DNA of 64,000 nt, from contig NC_042998.1 in assembly GCF_006345805.1 (NCBI RefSeq), positions 13,826,001 through 13,890,000 of the forward strand. The letters are read 5' to 3'. The stretch is from Octopus sinensis (taxonomy: Eukaryota). The notes under the pieces were generated by a model that was given only the letters and a program-made list of their open reading frames with translations, ran no database searches and was not told the origin of the DNA. Numbering within the stretch: position 1 is the stretch's first letter; every line of letters starts with the position of its first letter. This document shows, piece by piece, positions 1-12,898 of this stretch. The position numbers were made by a program, and so were the translations under genes.

Positions 1-866
1 CCTTACTACTTAATTTGAAAGAAGTACATTAAAAGTTGTATATCTTTTCAGAATATATATGATTCAGGATGTTTGAACATATCACGATTTTATTCACGAA
101 CGGTACATGTAGAGCAGTAAATATAATTTTCCGAACAATTTGATTCCATAAAGAATTCTTGAATAGGCCCTCTTTTCATCATGATGCATCCATTAACAGA
201 GTACCATCAAAGGAAATATATATTACATGCAACGCACGGATAGTAAACACACATATAAAGGAAATGTAAAATCATCTTCCCGAAAATCCTTTTAGTATAA
301 ATGTCATTTAATATAGTGTGATATTTTCTGGATCTAATACATAAGCATTTATCAACCTGCCATAGATACCAGAATCTCTTTCAGAAAACGCACTAAACAT
401 CTCGCTAATGTGATATCAAAGATTGATAGAAGTTTTCACTCACTCACAAAAGCAAAGACAAATATTTTGAAATAGTAGGCATGCCATTACCATACCTGAT
501 TCAGTTTATCCTTCTTATATATCTCCTGATAACATATTTGATATGTTCATCAAACTAGAGCTTTGTCGATCTAGAAAATTATCTTTCACACTTTTTCCGA
601 ATATTGTTATCACACAAATACACAGTCAATGTTGCAGGTTTTTATATTCCCGATTTATTTGATTCAAAGTTTTATGATTTATTTTTATCGTGGAGTATAT
701 TTTCCTTCTGTGCATGTAAATTTATTATAAAGAATACTGTTCTATTTAGCTTTTTTATTACAACCATGGATGAGGCATGTATATATTTTCCAAAAATATT
801 TACAAACATCCCATCAGTAAAACTCGTTTAACTGAGAGACCATGGCTTATTTTAGTTATATATATT

Positions 867-928
<62 letters not shown>

Positions 929-1278
929 CGTGTGTGTGTTGTGTGTGTGTAGCATGTGTGTGTGTGGTGTGTGTTTGTAGGCTAGAATACAAACACAATC
1001 TATCGACCTGATTTAATCTCAGATCCCTTGACCAAAAGCAATTAAATTCACACACATACACAAACATATATTCTTCAAGGAATCAAATCTGAAAACAATA
1101 GCAACAATTGTATGACTCCCAAGGAACCCAGAGTCTGTGCAGGAAATTCTTCAAGAATTGATTTTCTTGAAGTGTGTCATGTGATCACTCTGAAATAAAA
1201 ACTGAGTTATTGAAAGTTTCTATAGTTGCAATAAAAATATATTTCAAAATATAGTATGTCATACATACATAATACATA

Positions 1279-1337
<59 letters not shown>

Positions 1338-2019
1338 TATATATATATATATATATGTATGTGTGGGTATGTGTGTGTGTGTGTACTAGCATATTTCTTG
1401 ATTGATTAACTGGCCAAGTCATACATTTGATGCGAATCTGATGCATCGGTAGCTTAGATTGCTCGATCGTTTCAGTCAAGTGTTATAACACAAGCTCATC
1501 GTTTCATGAGATAAATTAATGTTGTGGCAATGGATTCCATGTCATATTGAAGATATGTCATGAGGACTCTGTCAGCTTTATGACATACATAATTCATGCA
1601 TCAATTACAGTGGCAGTATTTCATTCGGTGAGATTGTAGATGTAGATAATTTGATGAGTTTCAACTATCCTCTGTTAAAGTTTAATATCATTAAACTTTA
1701 TCATCATATTTACATCTTTCTTATTTCTCATCATCTACGTCCATGACGCTTTATGTTTATCGTGGTAATCAGGATTAAAATAAACTGACCAACAAAAATA
1801 AAATCACTGACAAAATCAAAACGAACTACAATGATAATGTTGGTGATACTAATGAAGATCATCTGGAAGGAATATAAGAAAAACACTACTTATATTAAAA
1901 AGCTTAATAAAGTTAATAATAATTACATCTATATTGTTATTGCAACTACTACTATTACGTCTGCTAGCGAAATTACACTGCAATATTAACAATAATAGGA
2001 ATATCAATAACACTGCCAA

Positions 2020-2033
2020 CATTAATAATAATA

Positions 2034-2077
<44 letters not shown>

Positions 2078-2144
2078 TAATAATAATAATAATGATAATA
2101 ATAATAATGATAATAATAATAATAGTAATAATGATAATAATAAC

Positions 2145-2191
<47 letters not shown>
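2020..2191. repeat. (AAT)n microsatellite; further (AAT)n, (AGT)n and (ATT)n tracts to about 3090
   Basis: Direct read; explains the poly-I/S/N/L ORFs here. Confidence 0.97.
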
Positions 2192-2193
<2 letters not shown>

Positions 2194-2203
2194 GTGTCGG
2201 TGG

Positions 2204-2371
2204 TGGGCCCCTATTGCAAGGTCGTGCGCTGATTATCTTGATATGAGATCACCATGTTGTGATGCATGTGACTGGTGTACCGTTATCAGACGGGTAGTCA
2301 TGATGGGTATACTGGGCTTTGTATATTTTATCTCAGTGTCCCTTTGATGTCATGCACTGCTTCCTCCCTCA
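2204..2371 (+). mobile_element. 3' part of an unclassified TAA-flanked non-coding repeat (same family as 56094-56573)
   Basis: gggcccc..tgcaagg..ttatcttgatatgagatcaccatg..gttgtgatgcatgt..tatcagacgg matches the reverse complement of 56094-56200; ends in (AAT)n. Confidence 0.7.
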
Positions 2372-2406
2372 GTAATAATAATAATAATAATAATAATAAT
2401 AGTAGC

Positions 2407-2474
<68 letters not shown>

Positions 2475-2547
2475 CAGAAGCAGCAGTAATAATAATTATG
2501 ATAGTAATGATGATGATAGTATTATTATTATTATTATTATTATTATT

Positions 2548-2881
2548 CTATGTTTGACTTTTGCTTTACATATGCACAAGCTGGCTCCAAGTCTCACTCA
2601 GAGACCTCAAGAGACAACAAGTTGGAAGTTCATGTTGGTGTTATGCCTAGGGTGCCATATATTTGGTTTTGTACTTAGTGTTGTACTAGTGAATGCCTAA
2701 AAACCATACGAAAATTATGATTGTTTTAAATCTTGAAATTACAAAGAAAGTATATTGCGTAGGATATGAGCAGTTCCCATGAGCACTATCTTTTGAATGT
2801 CTGCCATTTTGGGGTTTCCTGGTATCTGAGTTAGGTAGCAATCAGCCCCTTTTGCTATCATTCCCAGGGCACCTATGACGC
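2548..2881 (-). mobile_element. Dong/R4 non-LTR retrotransposon, 3' fragment (family A)
   Basis: Encodes VIGALGMIAKGADCYLTQIPGNPKMADIQKIVLMGTAHILRNILSL*, nearly the same as the C-terminus at 23212; same 3' UTR as 22981; (ATT)n on both sides. Confidence 0.92.
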
Positions 2882-2936
<55 letters not shown>

Positions 2937-2982
2937 CATTGTCATTTACTTTTAAACTGCATGTTTGATGCAATCACCTGCC

Positions 2983-3077
<95 letters not shown>

Positions 3078-3554
3078 TCTAGTAGTAGTAACAACAACAT
3101 ATGCAGTAATGATGACTGTAACGACGATTCGATGTATGTATTGAATCTCAAGTAGAAATCACCAAATGGGATTATGGTTGATTGATTCAACTTCAGTACA
3201 CTTCTGCAAATAATTTCATGGAAGTTGATGGGATGAAAGACAAATTTAACTGACAGGCTGAGAGACAAGGGTCAAATTATTTTCTTTATGGATGTAACTA
3301 ATGGCCACTATTATCGTTGAGACATTAACGATGAACAAAATTAAAATAGATTGTGATTTGAGTAAAATTTCTCTACGAATTCCAAATGTCGATAGACCGT
3401 GTAGGATTTACATTATGAATTGATTTCATATGTAACTAAACAATGTCGTTCAAATCCGTATTTAATGTAGTTTTGCTATGTAGTATGCTGTAATTCATTA
3501 CTATATTACAGTTTGTATTTCAGGACGATATTCACTTAATATTCGTATCAAATT

Positions 3555-3890
3555 TTGGCATGAGGCCAGTAATTTCACTGGTACTTCTTTTATCGACCCC
3601 AAAAGCATGAAATGTTGAAAAGCAAATTCGAGCTCGGAAGAATTTGAAGTTAGATTCTTTCAGACGGACGAAATGTCGCAAAGCATTTTGCCCATCGTGT
3701 TAACGATTCTGCCAGCTCATCGCCTTATATATTCACTTAATATTACCAAACATATATGTCGAGTAGGTTGAAGAATCGTTAGCACCCCTGGCAAAATGTT
3801 TAGCGGCGTTTCATTCGCATTCACGTTTTAAGTTCAAATTCCGCCCAGGTCGACTTTGCTTTTCATCATTTCGGGGTCGAAAAACTAACT
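3555..3890. mobile_element. Two decayed tRNA-derived SINE copies, head to head
   Basis: Similar to 11221-11455 (gaatcgttagcac, gttcaaattccgcc.aggtcgactttgc); minus copy about 3555-3727, plus copy about 3765-3890. Confidence 0.7.
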
Positions 3891-6724
3891 ACTGGCTGAG
3901 TACGGGTATTGCAATTGTGTTGAGTATTCCATCATCTGAGAAAAAATTTATAGATAAATAGATAAATGACAGAGATGGGTTCAACCTGTAAAACAGTTGA
4001 ATAAAAGTTCCTTATCAATGATAGTTATTTTGGTTTCTTATCTCCAGAGACGGAGTAGAGATCCAAATATGCCCAGTTACATCTAGTAAGATTTGTTATT
4101 CTTCAGGTAAAACCATGATGAACCCGAATGTTTAGATAATAATCTATAGTGATGGATCCTGGCAGTTCCAAAGATTGATAAATACTAAGAAGAGAAAGTA
4201 CATTCTTCTGCGACAAGGATAGATAGATAGGGCCTTTGTATTAGATATAAAAAATCAGTACAACGAGGGGTCCTCCTGTCCGTAAAAGCTAAGGGGGACA
4301 GATAAGTGGTAAATAAAACTGATCTCAGACCTTTCTTCTTTACCTATATACACATAAACACATATATATATATGTATGCATGTCTTTCTTTATATAACCA
4401 GTTTAGAGTACCCCTTCTTTAATATTTATAATTCTAATCAATTGTGGAACGAACAAGCAGTACAATTTTGTCTTAGAGAACACTCCAAGAATGGTGTATT
4501 TTAAACAGATCTTCCAACAAAATGTGTATAAAACACTGGACAATGTTTTGCAACCTGATTTCGTCATCCCTGTGATAAATACCCTGTTAAAGTCTTAAGT
4601 TGTTTGTGAATAACGGTTCTTATATAGAAAGCGGTAATCAAAACACTTATTGATATGTGCGAGAGCAAACACACGTTAAATGGATGCATGTAACGGAGAT
4701 ACCTTGGATTAAAATACCGGTGAGCATAACAATTATGCTACTTGTGTAATCGTAGAATGGCAGTAGCTCTAACATCAAATTAGGAAAAATAAAAAGATTG
4801 ATATATAGAGAAGTGGTAAAAATTCAAGTGCTGGGAAATAGGTTGAGAAGAGAAATAAAATGACGAAATGAGGAGAAAAAATAATAAGAAAGTTGAGCAA
4901 ATAGTAACACTATTTCTGTGATTTTGTATGATTAATTTTATTGCGACACAAGCCTATGCAATCAGTGTCAAAACAGAATCGTATCAAGTAAATCGCATCT
5001 CTTTTTATATCTACGTCGTACGATTGCCTTTTTCTCACTGTTTTGTTTCAGACTTATTGCTCTTTACGCTTGTTATTAAAATGTGCATAAGAATATGATC
5101 TATACGATTTTTGCATAGTTACAACCATTATCGTTATCATAAGGCGGCGAACGGTCAGAATCCTTTACACGCCGGAGAAAAACGTTAATGGCATTCCTTC
5201 CGAATTTCAAGTTGATTCAAAACCACCAAAGTCGACTTTATATTTCATTCTTTCAAGGACGATAAGATATTTTCCAGCCGAGCACCAATTTCCATGTAAC
5301 GGATTTGATCTTCCCCCAATTTTTAGAGCATTTTGGATGAAGTAAAAAGGATTATCCTAAGGTGGCAAGTTGGTAGAACCGATTGATCGTCAGAGAAAAT
5401 GTTTAGTAGCTTTTCCTCTGTTTTTTTTTTTTTTGAAATCTGAACATAAAGTTGGACGGTGTATCGCTAAGCATTTTTCCGCCGTGTACATTAATCTGCC
5501 ACCTCACCACATTGATGATGATGAAGATGGTGATGATGATGATGATCATGATCATGATCATGATCATGATCATGATAAGATTAATGACACATTAGATCAA
5601 GAGAATGACAGATCAGCAATGGTCTTCTTCCGACTGTAGTATGAGTGATAATTCAAATAACATCGTTGCAAATTATAATATCTGATTGCCCCGAGTTAGC
5701 TACAGTGAATATCACAATTTAGGTCAGATAATAATAATTGTTATGCTTCAATGGGAAGTTTGAATGTAATTCAGTTTTACAGTTGTAGAAAAGAGCTATG
5801 ACCATTTTATATGGATTCTGATACAATTCGAAATGATAAGATATATCAAGTAGAAAATTGTAATCATCGATGGAAAACAATGTACTATAAACGGGTACAG
5901 ATTGCCTATTTGTTGCAGAGTCAGGACAAAACATAAAATTAAAGGAAGTTTTATACGCCGGCTGGGAGTATAAAATATTCAAACGCTGGAACAGAGGATT
6001 TAGATGGATCATTATCCGACTAATTATTTTCCTACTTTCGAAACTTTTACAAAACCTTGAAAAAATGCTAGATCAAATCACCACGCTCCAGGATTGGCTG
6101 GTATGTAGTGCTGTGATTGCTGTCGTTTTCCATTGTCGAATTTACTCAGATCAGCCAAACTAGTAATGTTTGTAAAGTAGAAACATTTAAAAAAATTTCG
6201 TCTATACTGGTATACTTCTCTTCTCACGTATCCTGTATTTTAAAGCTTGTTTTCCCAAACACTTTTTAGGATCCTAACAATTTTTTATATCATTGTGAGA
6301 CATTTTTTCTTAAAGTTTGAAAAACACAATTTAAGTCACAAGATTTATATTTGTTTCATTATATACCTGCAAGAATTTCCACAATCTGTGAGACAAAAAT
6401 AATAATATTCCATTGAAGGGGATGCAAAAATTTCAAAAATAAATAAATTTTCATTACCATTTAAAGTAGTTTACAGAAAAAGAAAAACCGAAATCATTAC
6501 TTAAGTCACAAACTGATTTGAACATCTTGTAGTAGAAAAACTACTCTATCTTTTTGCTTGTAATCCAATAATAAGCACGAAGAACACGAATAAGACAGAC
6601 AAGAACATACTGATGAAAAAACACAAGAATATAGTAATATTAATAGTTTTAATAGCATATATGTTAACATCGAAATAAAAATATTATTACAATGCAATTT
6701 TAATAATGATAAAATTAACGACTA

Positions 6725-7003
6725 AATAATAATGCAGTTCTATACTTAAGAGATGAGGAATTATGTATATCATTTACATCATTTATATTATTTACATTTG
6801 TCGAATATTTGTTCCCATCTTGTTTGTTAACACAAGGTTTTGGCTGATATACCCTCCAGCCTTCATCAAGTGTCTTGGAGAAATTTCGAACTTGGGTTCT
6901 CATTCCTAAGGTTCTCATACGCACGGACATGTGGCATAGTGGTTAAGAGCGCGGGCTACCAATACCAAGATTCCGAGTTCGATTCCAGGCAGTGACCTGA
7001 ATA

Positions 7004-7044
<41 letters not shown>

Positions 7045-7167
7045 GAGGAGGATTATAACATCGAAAAATACCTTAGGAATGAGAACCCAGGTTCGAAATT
7101 TCCCCAAGGCACCTGATGAATAAAGAAGATGGGGACAAATATCCCTCAAATGTAAATAATGTAAAGT
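6725..7167 (+). mobile_element. tRNA-headed non-autonomous element with a Penelope-like hammerhead-bearing 3' region and an inverted 5' copy of it
   Basis: A box tggcatagtgg 6932-6942, B box gagttcgattcc 6975-6986, (TAA)n, then ccttaggaatgagaacccaggttcgaaatttccccaaggcacCTGATGA; 6725-6912 is an inverted copy of this 3' part. Confidence 0.75.
6829..6874 (-). ncRNA. Degenerate minimal type I hammerhead ribozyme
   Basis: Minus strand GACAC-tTGATGA-A-GGCTG-gagggtatat-CAGCC-aAAAC-cTT-GTGTT; stems I and II intact, C3, G12 and G16.2 substituted. Confidence 0.65.
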
Positions 7168-7254
7168 AATAATAATAATAAGAAGAAGAAGAAGAAGAAG
7201 AAGAAGAATTAGAAGGAGAAGAATTAGATGAAGGAGAAGAAGAAGAGGAAGGAT

Positions 7255-8763
7255 GATTTCATTTATTTGCTACAAAGGCGAAAGATGAGGGGGGGGGGGC
7301 AATACAGAGACAGACAATATGTGAATGGTCTACATATAATAATGAAATGATTAAAAAAAATTAAAGTATACATGGAATCCACTGGAAAAGAAGGGACATA
7401 TGCATACCATACAAAGAGTAAAATAATAGTAAGTGGGTGGGGGATACTAGAGATGTGGCCCTCCTGATTCAGGAACGCCTCTAGAGATAATCGAGGGACC
7501 CCACTGACAGAGATTTCCCTGAAATCCTAGGAGCAATTGCCCTCTCTAATTCCTTCTCTCCGTCTCACAGGTCTACACTTGGAGAGGTACCATCCACTCT
7601 TGCCCTTTTTGCAACTCACTCACCTTTCAATAAACTCACTCGAAGACAGCACTTCCCTCACCGCTCTCAATTTCCTTTAGATGTGAAACTTTAAAAAGTT
7701 AACGAGATCTCTACCAAAGAGGAATGTATCTGCCTTCATGCCTTTCAGTCTTGTCCACCAATACCCTCTTTCGCAATAGCCACTAGGCAAAGGCAAACTG
7801 CCTTGTCTGCCCGATTGAAGGAGGGCGGTGGTGCAATCATCACTATAGACTCGGCGTACAGACGGATCCGTCCAACGCGTAACAGCAGCTGTTTAATATA
7901 ATCCCACAAGTCAGCAATGACCGGACACTAAATGAGGGCGTGCAGAACGCTTTCGTCAATCTGTTGATAGTCGGACAAGTCTTTCTGATATGACATCCGT
8001 TCCTGTAGGGTTTATATCGTACCGGTAGCGTCTCCTGGTACCACTGCTAAGCCACGGACGTATGGAAATTATCGATGATAGTTGCCAACCGAAAAGTCCT
8101 CCGAAACAGACTAGCCAGTTCGTTCGCGTCGGCACCCAGTTTCCCCGAGAGCGTCGTCGCACTTCTCGCCACTAATCCTCTATAAATTTCTGAAGTAGAG
8201 CATCCACCGATCCCATTACCCGACTTGTAAAGGGTTGTTAGCGACTGACGACACAGTATGTGCCAGGCGCCCAGTCTTGGAATTTTCTTCACCCAAGACT
8301 GCAGCTCCGTCCAGGTAACGAGCTCCGGATAGACGAGCCTCCCAAACGAACCACCACACGCTCCCCATCCAGAAAGCGTTGCAGTGGGCGTAATCTAATC
8401 GCATGTCTGCACATTAGGAGCATACCTAATCCGCCACTGAAAGGATGCGGGAAACAGACCTGCCGCTTGACCATTTGAACGCGTCCCTTCCACCAGAATC
8501 TAAATAAGAGGTGCTCGAAGCTGGTCAAGCAGTAACCGGGACAAAGTATGACGGTAAGGCGTTAAATGATAACGGATGTGATGTAAGCATTCGCAACCTC
8601 TGCTCTACCTATCAGGAACAGCTTTCTTTCAGCTCGTTTCTGGGTAACCTTGAAGTTGAGATTGAACCAGACCCCGAGCCCTTTAACTGCTCCGTTGTTC
8701 CAGCGCCCAATGACGCCATCCGATGGTATCGTCTTGCCTCTCCAGCATCCCAACCGCCGCAGC
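7255..8763 (-). mobile_element. L1/Tx1-clade retrotransposon, disrupted ORF2 C-terminus plus 3' UTR
   Basis: Fragments VKGLGVWF, KLFLIGRAEVANAYI, LLFRFWWKGRVQMVKRQVC..GGLG and zf-RVT-like TLPVRYKPYRNG..KTCP(fs)QQIDESVLHALI*CP; many stops and frameshifts. Confidence 0.85.
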
Positions 8764-8774
8764 AAGGAAAAATG

Positions 8775-8833
8775 ATACTACTGCTACTGCTTTTGCAAAT
8801 ACCACTACTGTTGCTGCTACTACAACAACAAAA

Positions 8834-8867
<34 letters not shown>

Positions 8868-8907
8868 GTACTAGTAGTACTACTACTACTACTACTACTA
8901 CTAGTAG

Positions 8908-8985
<78 letters not shown>

Positions 8986-9067
8986 TAATAATAATAATAA
9001 TTTTGATAATAATAATAATAATAATAAAATAAATATAATAATAATAATGATAATAATAATAATAATT

Positions 9068-9130
<63 letters not shown>

Positions 9131-9210
9131 TTAATAAAAATAATATCAACAAGAACAATAATAATACTAGTAGTAGCAGTTGCAGCAGCATCAGTAGTAG
9201 TAGTAGTAGT
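8775..9210. repeat. Compound (CTA)n/(TAA)n microsatellite
   Basis: Direct read. Confidence 0.97.
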
Positions 9211-10355
9211 AAAAGAAATATTTGATTCCGAAATAGCGACGGTACATAGTTTATTGATCACGAATGGCTGAAAGGCACATTTTACCGTATTGAAATTTGA
9301 TATCAAAAGTTAGATGCGTGAAACTAAATATTTCATTTGATTTAGTCTGACGCTCTACTAATTTTGCGAATCAATAACTTCAAAAATATCGCTTCAAGTA
9401 TTCACGTCATGAAATAAAATCCATGGAAAATGTTTGAAAAATACAAAATATCGTTCTAAATTACAGCTGGAATTTCATTCTTTCTGATTATCGCCCATCT
9501 TTACGATTATTGTCTGTTGAATGAAATAAGAGCAGGGGAATCAATTTGAGCTAAAGGATATATATGCTTATAGCAATAAGATATAATTTTGTTTTCGTAA
9601 TTTTCCTAAGACATACATATAAAATATTTATAACCGTTGAGCAATATATGGAGATTAATTCTTACGTTCCCTCGAATTATTACAAGTTGATGATGAAATA
9701 TGGCAATGAGAGGTGTCTTGTATAAATTAAAATTAATTTGGATAATACGCAGAATTAAAGTTACGAATGCGAACAGATCTATGATTCATTATAACTATCA
9801 CGGCTACAACATATCAATCATATATAGTAACCGACGCAGTGTACTTTAAACTTCAAATGAACTTTTAATTATTTAAATCTAAGTCATTGCCTATCCTTTC
9901 GGCTGAAATTTGAAGCCACCATAACAAAATACATGTTCAAACTAATCTGGAAATGCAACGTAAAAACACTAGAGCGGGTTTGTGAATTTTATTTGCTGGA
10001 AGCAAACTGACAGCTATGCATTAGTATGCTACAGTAATTTCTATAATATTCATCGACATAGCTGACTAGATAAAAAGATCGTTGCAATGCGTTGCAGTAT
10101 TTAATTAATTCCGTTTACATTCGGAGTAAAACTCCTAACGAGATTGATTTTGTCATTGCCCCTGCTAGGTTCGATTAAATAAACAGCAGTAAAGTAGAGG
10201 GCCGATTCAGCTGGCTAAGCAATTTGTGACTAAATGCCAATTTTAGAAATCGGTCTTCTATTCGAAAATTTTCAAGTTTTATATGAAATTCCCGACACTT
10301 GCAATTTCTTCTGAATGTTTATTTGGATTCTCTAACAAAGTGTTTCGATTGTATT

Positions 10356-10771
10356 CTTTACTCTTTACTCTTTTACTTGTTTCAGTCATTTGACTGCGGC
10401 CATGCTAGAGCACCGCCTTTAGTCGAGCAAATCGACCCCGGGACTTATTCTTTGTAAGCCCAGTACTTATTCTATCAGTCTCTTTTGCCGAATCGCTAAG
10501 TGACGGGGACGTAAACACACCAGCATCGGTTGTCAAGCAATGCTACAGGGACAAACACAGACACACAAACATATACATACACATACATACATATATATAC
10601 ATATATACGACAGGCTTCTTTCAGTTTCCGTCTACCAAATCCACTCACAAGGCATTGGTCGGCCCGAGGCTATAGCAGAAGACACTTGGCCAAGATGCCA
10701 CGCAGTGGGACTGAACCCAGAACCATGTGGTTGGTAGGCAAGCTACTTACCACACAGCCACTCCTGCGCCT
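10356..10771 (-). mobile_element. Full-length tRNA-derived CORE-type SINE
   Basis: tRNA-like head (gtggctgtgtggtaag..gggttcagtccc), CORE-like cttggccaagtgtctt, 3' GGCGGTGCTCTAGCATGGCCGCAGTCAAATGACTGAAAC and (GAGTAAA)n tail; other copies at 45039 and 46101. Confidence 0.92.
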
Positions 10772-11178
10772 ATATTCCATAGGAATATTTTTTAACGGCA
10801 TTGAGATTTATTAAAATATATAGATGTTTTTGGCATAAAGCGCCGCTAACACATCATTAATATTAAACGTAGACATGGTCATTTCTTTCACAAGATCTAT
10901 TCACAACCGTGTAATTTCAGATTCATTTTAGCCAGGCGTCGTTTACTAAATCCATTGCCAACCACTACGCTTTGAGAAAATTTCTTAGACGGAAATTACG
11001 CAATATCCTGTCAAATACATGCATACATGCATATACATACGTACCTACATATTTAAATATATATATGTTTATATGAATATGGATATATATGTATATCTAC
11101 ATTTTTATATACGTATATATTAATATATATATACTCACACATACACACGTACACTCACACACACACGCACACACACAT

Positions 11179-11213
<35 letters not shown>

Positions 11214-11220
11214 ATTTCTT

Positions 11221-11455
11221 AAGGCGGCGAGCTGGCAGAATCGTTAGCACGCCGGGCGAAATGCGTAGCCGTATTTCGTCTGCCGTTACGTGTTCTGGGT
11301 TCAAATTCCGCCGAGGTCGACTTTGCCTTTCATCCTTTCGGGGTCGATAAAATAAGTACCAGTTACGTTCTGGGGTCGATGTAATCGACTTAATCCCTTT
11401 GTCTGTCCTTGTTTGTCCCCTCTATGTTTAGCCCCTTGTGGGTAGTAAAGAAATA
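11221..11455 (+). mobile_element. Full-length tRNA-derived SINE (second family)
   Basis: A box gctggcagaatcgtt, B box gggttcaaattcc, body gaggtcgactttgcctttcatcctttcggggtcgataaa, tail gccccttgtgggtagtaaagaaata; many copies in the window. Confidence 0.92.
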
Positions 11456-11664
11456 TATATATATATAATTTCAGTAAAACAATTAAGATTCAAGTGAGTT
11501 CCAATGAATTCACACGAATGCTGTACTTAACTTAGATGCACCAGAAATCTTTATGGTATTAACCATAAAATAATGTGGGGTGATTATAAACGAGAAAAAA
11601 GCAACAATTGCACTGAACAACTAATCCATTCTTGTTGGTTTTTTTCTTGTGTATATATATATAT

Positions 11665-12700
11665 ATAACGAAGTTGTGGCGCAAAGCAGTGTTTAGATAT
11701 AATCAGAATTTCAACAGATAAAAGCAAAAAAAGTTACCGCGGAGAAAGCCTCTCTCTTGTGGTAAAAAGGTATTATAGCACCCAGTTCGTTCAGTGACGC
11801 CATCTCCCAGATATCTCAGACCTCGATGATTCGAGTGTATTGACATTTGTCGATGAGATATAGGTAAGAGAGGCAACTCTGAAATAACTAAATATAACTT
11901 GCAGCATTATATATAATTCAGTCAACACGTTCTCTTATTTGCGTTAGTAGATCGCCCAATCGAGATTAATAACGAAGTAATGGCGCAAAGCAGTGTTTAC
12001 ATATAATGTTTGTCACATTTTTCAATTGCTAAAGGCGAATAAACTGCATTTACCGTGGAGAAAATGTCTCTCTAATGGAAAAAGTTGTGAAAACACCCAG
12101 TTCATTCAGTGTCGCCCGCTCTCAGGAATCTCAGACATCGATGTTTCGAGTTTATTGACTCTTGGCGAGGTGTGATAAGAAAGAGTTTTTTTTTTCCACG
12201 ACAATTGCAATGTATTTGCATTTAGTAGTTGGAATATGTGACAAAATATCTACACTGAACGAACTGGGTGATTTCACAACTTTTTAACTTAAGAGAGACT
12301 ATTTCTCCGCGCTAACATTTTTTTGTCTTGAGCAGTTGAAATATGTGACAAGCATATTTCAAGTAACCTAAATCGTGCCTATACGTAAACACTGCTTTGC
12401 GTCATTAATTCGTTATTATCTCGATCGAGCAATCTACTAGCGCGAATCAGTCAGCGCATTGACTGATTTCTGTGTAAAGCTACAAGCTTTATTTAGTTAT
12501 TTCAGAGTTGCCTCTCTTAAGTACATCTCATCAATAACATTCAATAAATTCGAAATATCTATGTCAGATTCCCTAAGAGAGGGCGACACTGAATAAACTT
12601 GGTGTTTTCTCGACTTTTTATTACTATAAGTAATATATTTTTTCCACGGTAAGTGAAGAGTATTTGCCTTTAGCAGTTACAATACATGACAAACATATTT
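11665..12700. mobile_element. Diverged ~305-315 bp tandem units with hammerhead relics, two blocks head to head
   Basis: aacgaag..gcgcaaagcagtgttta at 11667 and 11971; inverted copies 12250-12700; hammerhead relics at 11812-11860 (-), 12128-12171 (-) and 12524-12570 (+). Confidence 0.75.
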
Positions 12701-12726
12701 CAACTCAGCTAATTTGTGAATATATA

Positions 12727-12784
<58 letters not shown>

Positions 12785-12851
12785 TATATTACATATATAC
12801 ACATGTTTATATATGTATGTATATACACACATGTATATATAAATATATATG

Positions 12852-12898
<47 letters not shown>

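Noticed and set aside
1-830. Non-repetitive stretch that might be decayed coding sequence
   Set aside because: Frames I tried have frequent stops and no recognisable motif; needs BLASTX
6925-6997. Functional tRNA gene
   Set aside because: Has A and B boxes but no proper acceptor stem and is embedded in a repeat; treated as a SINE head
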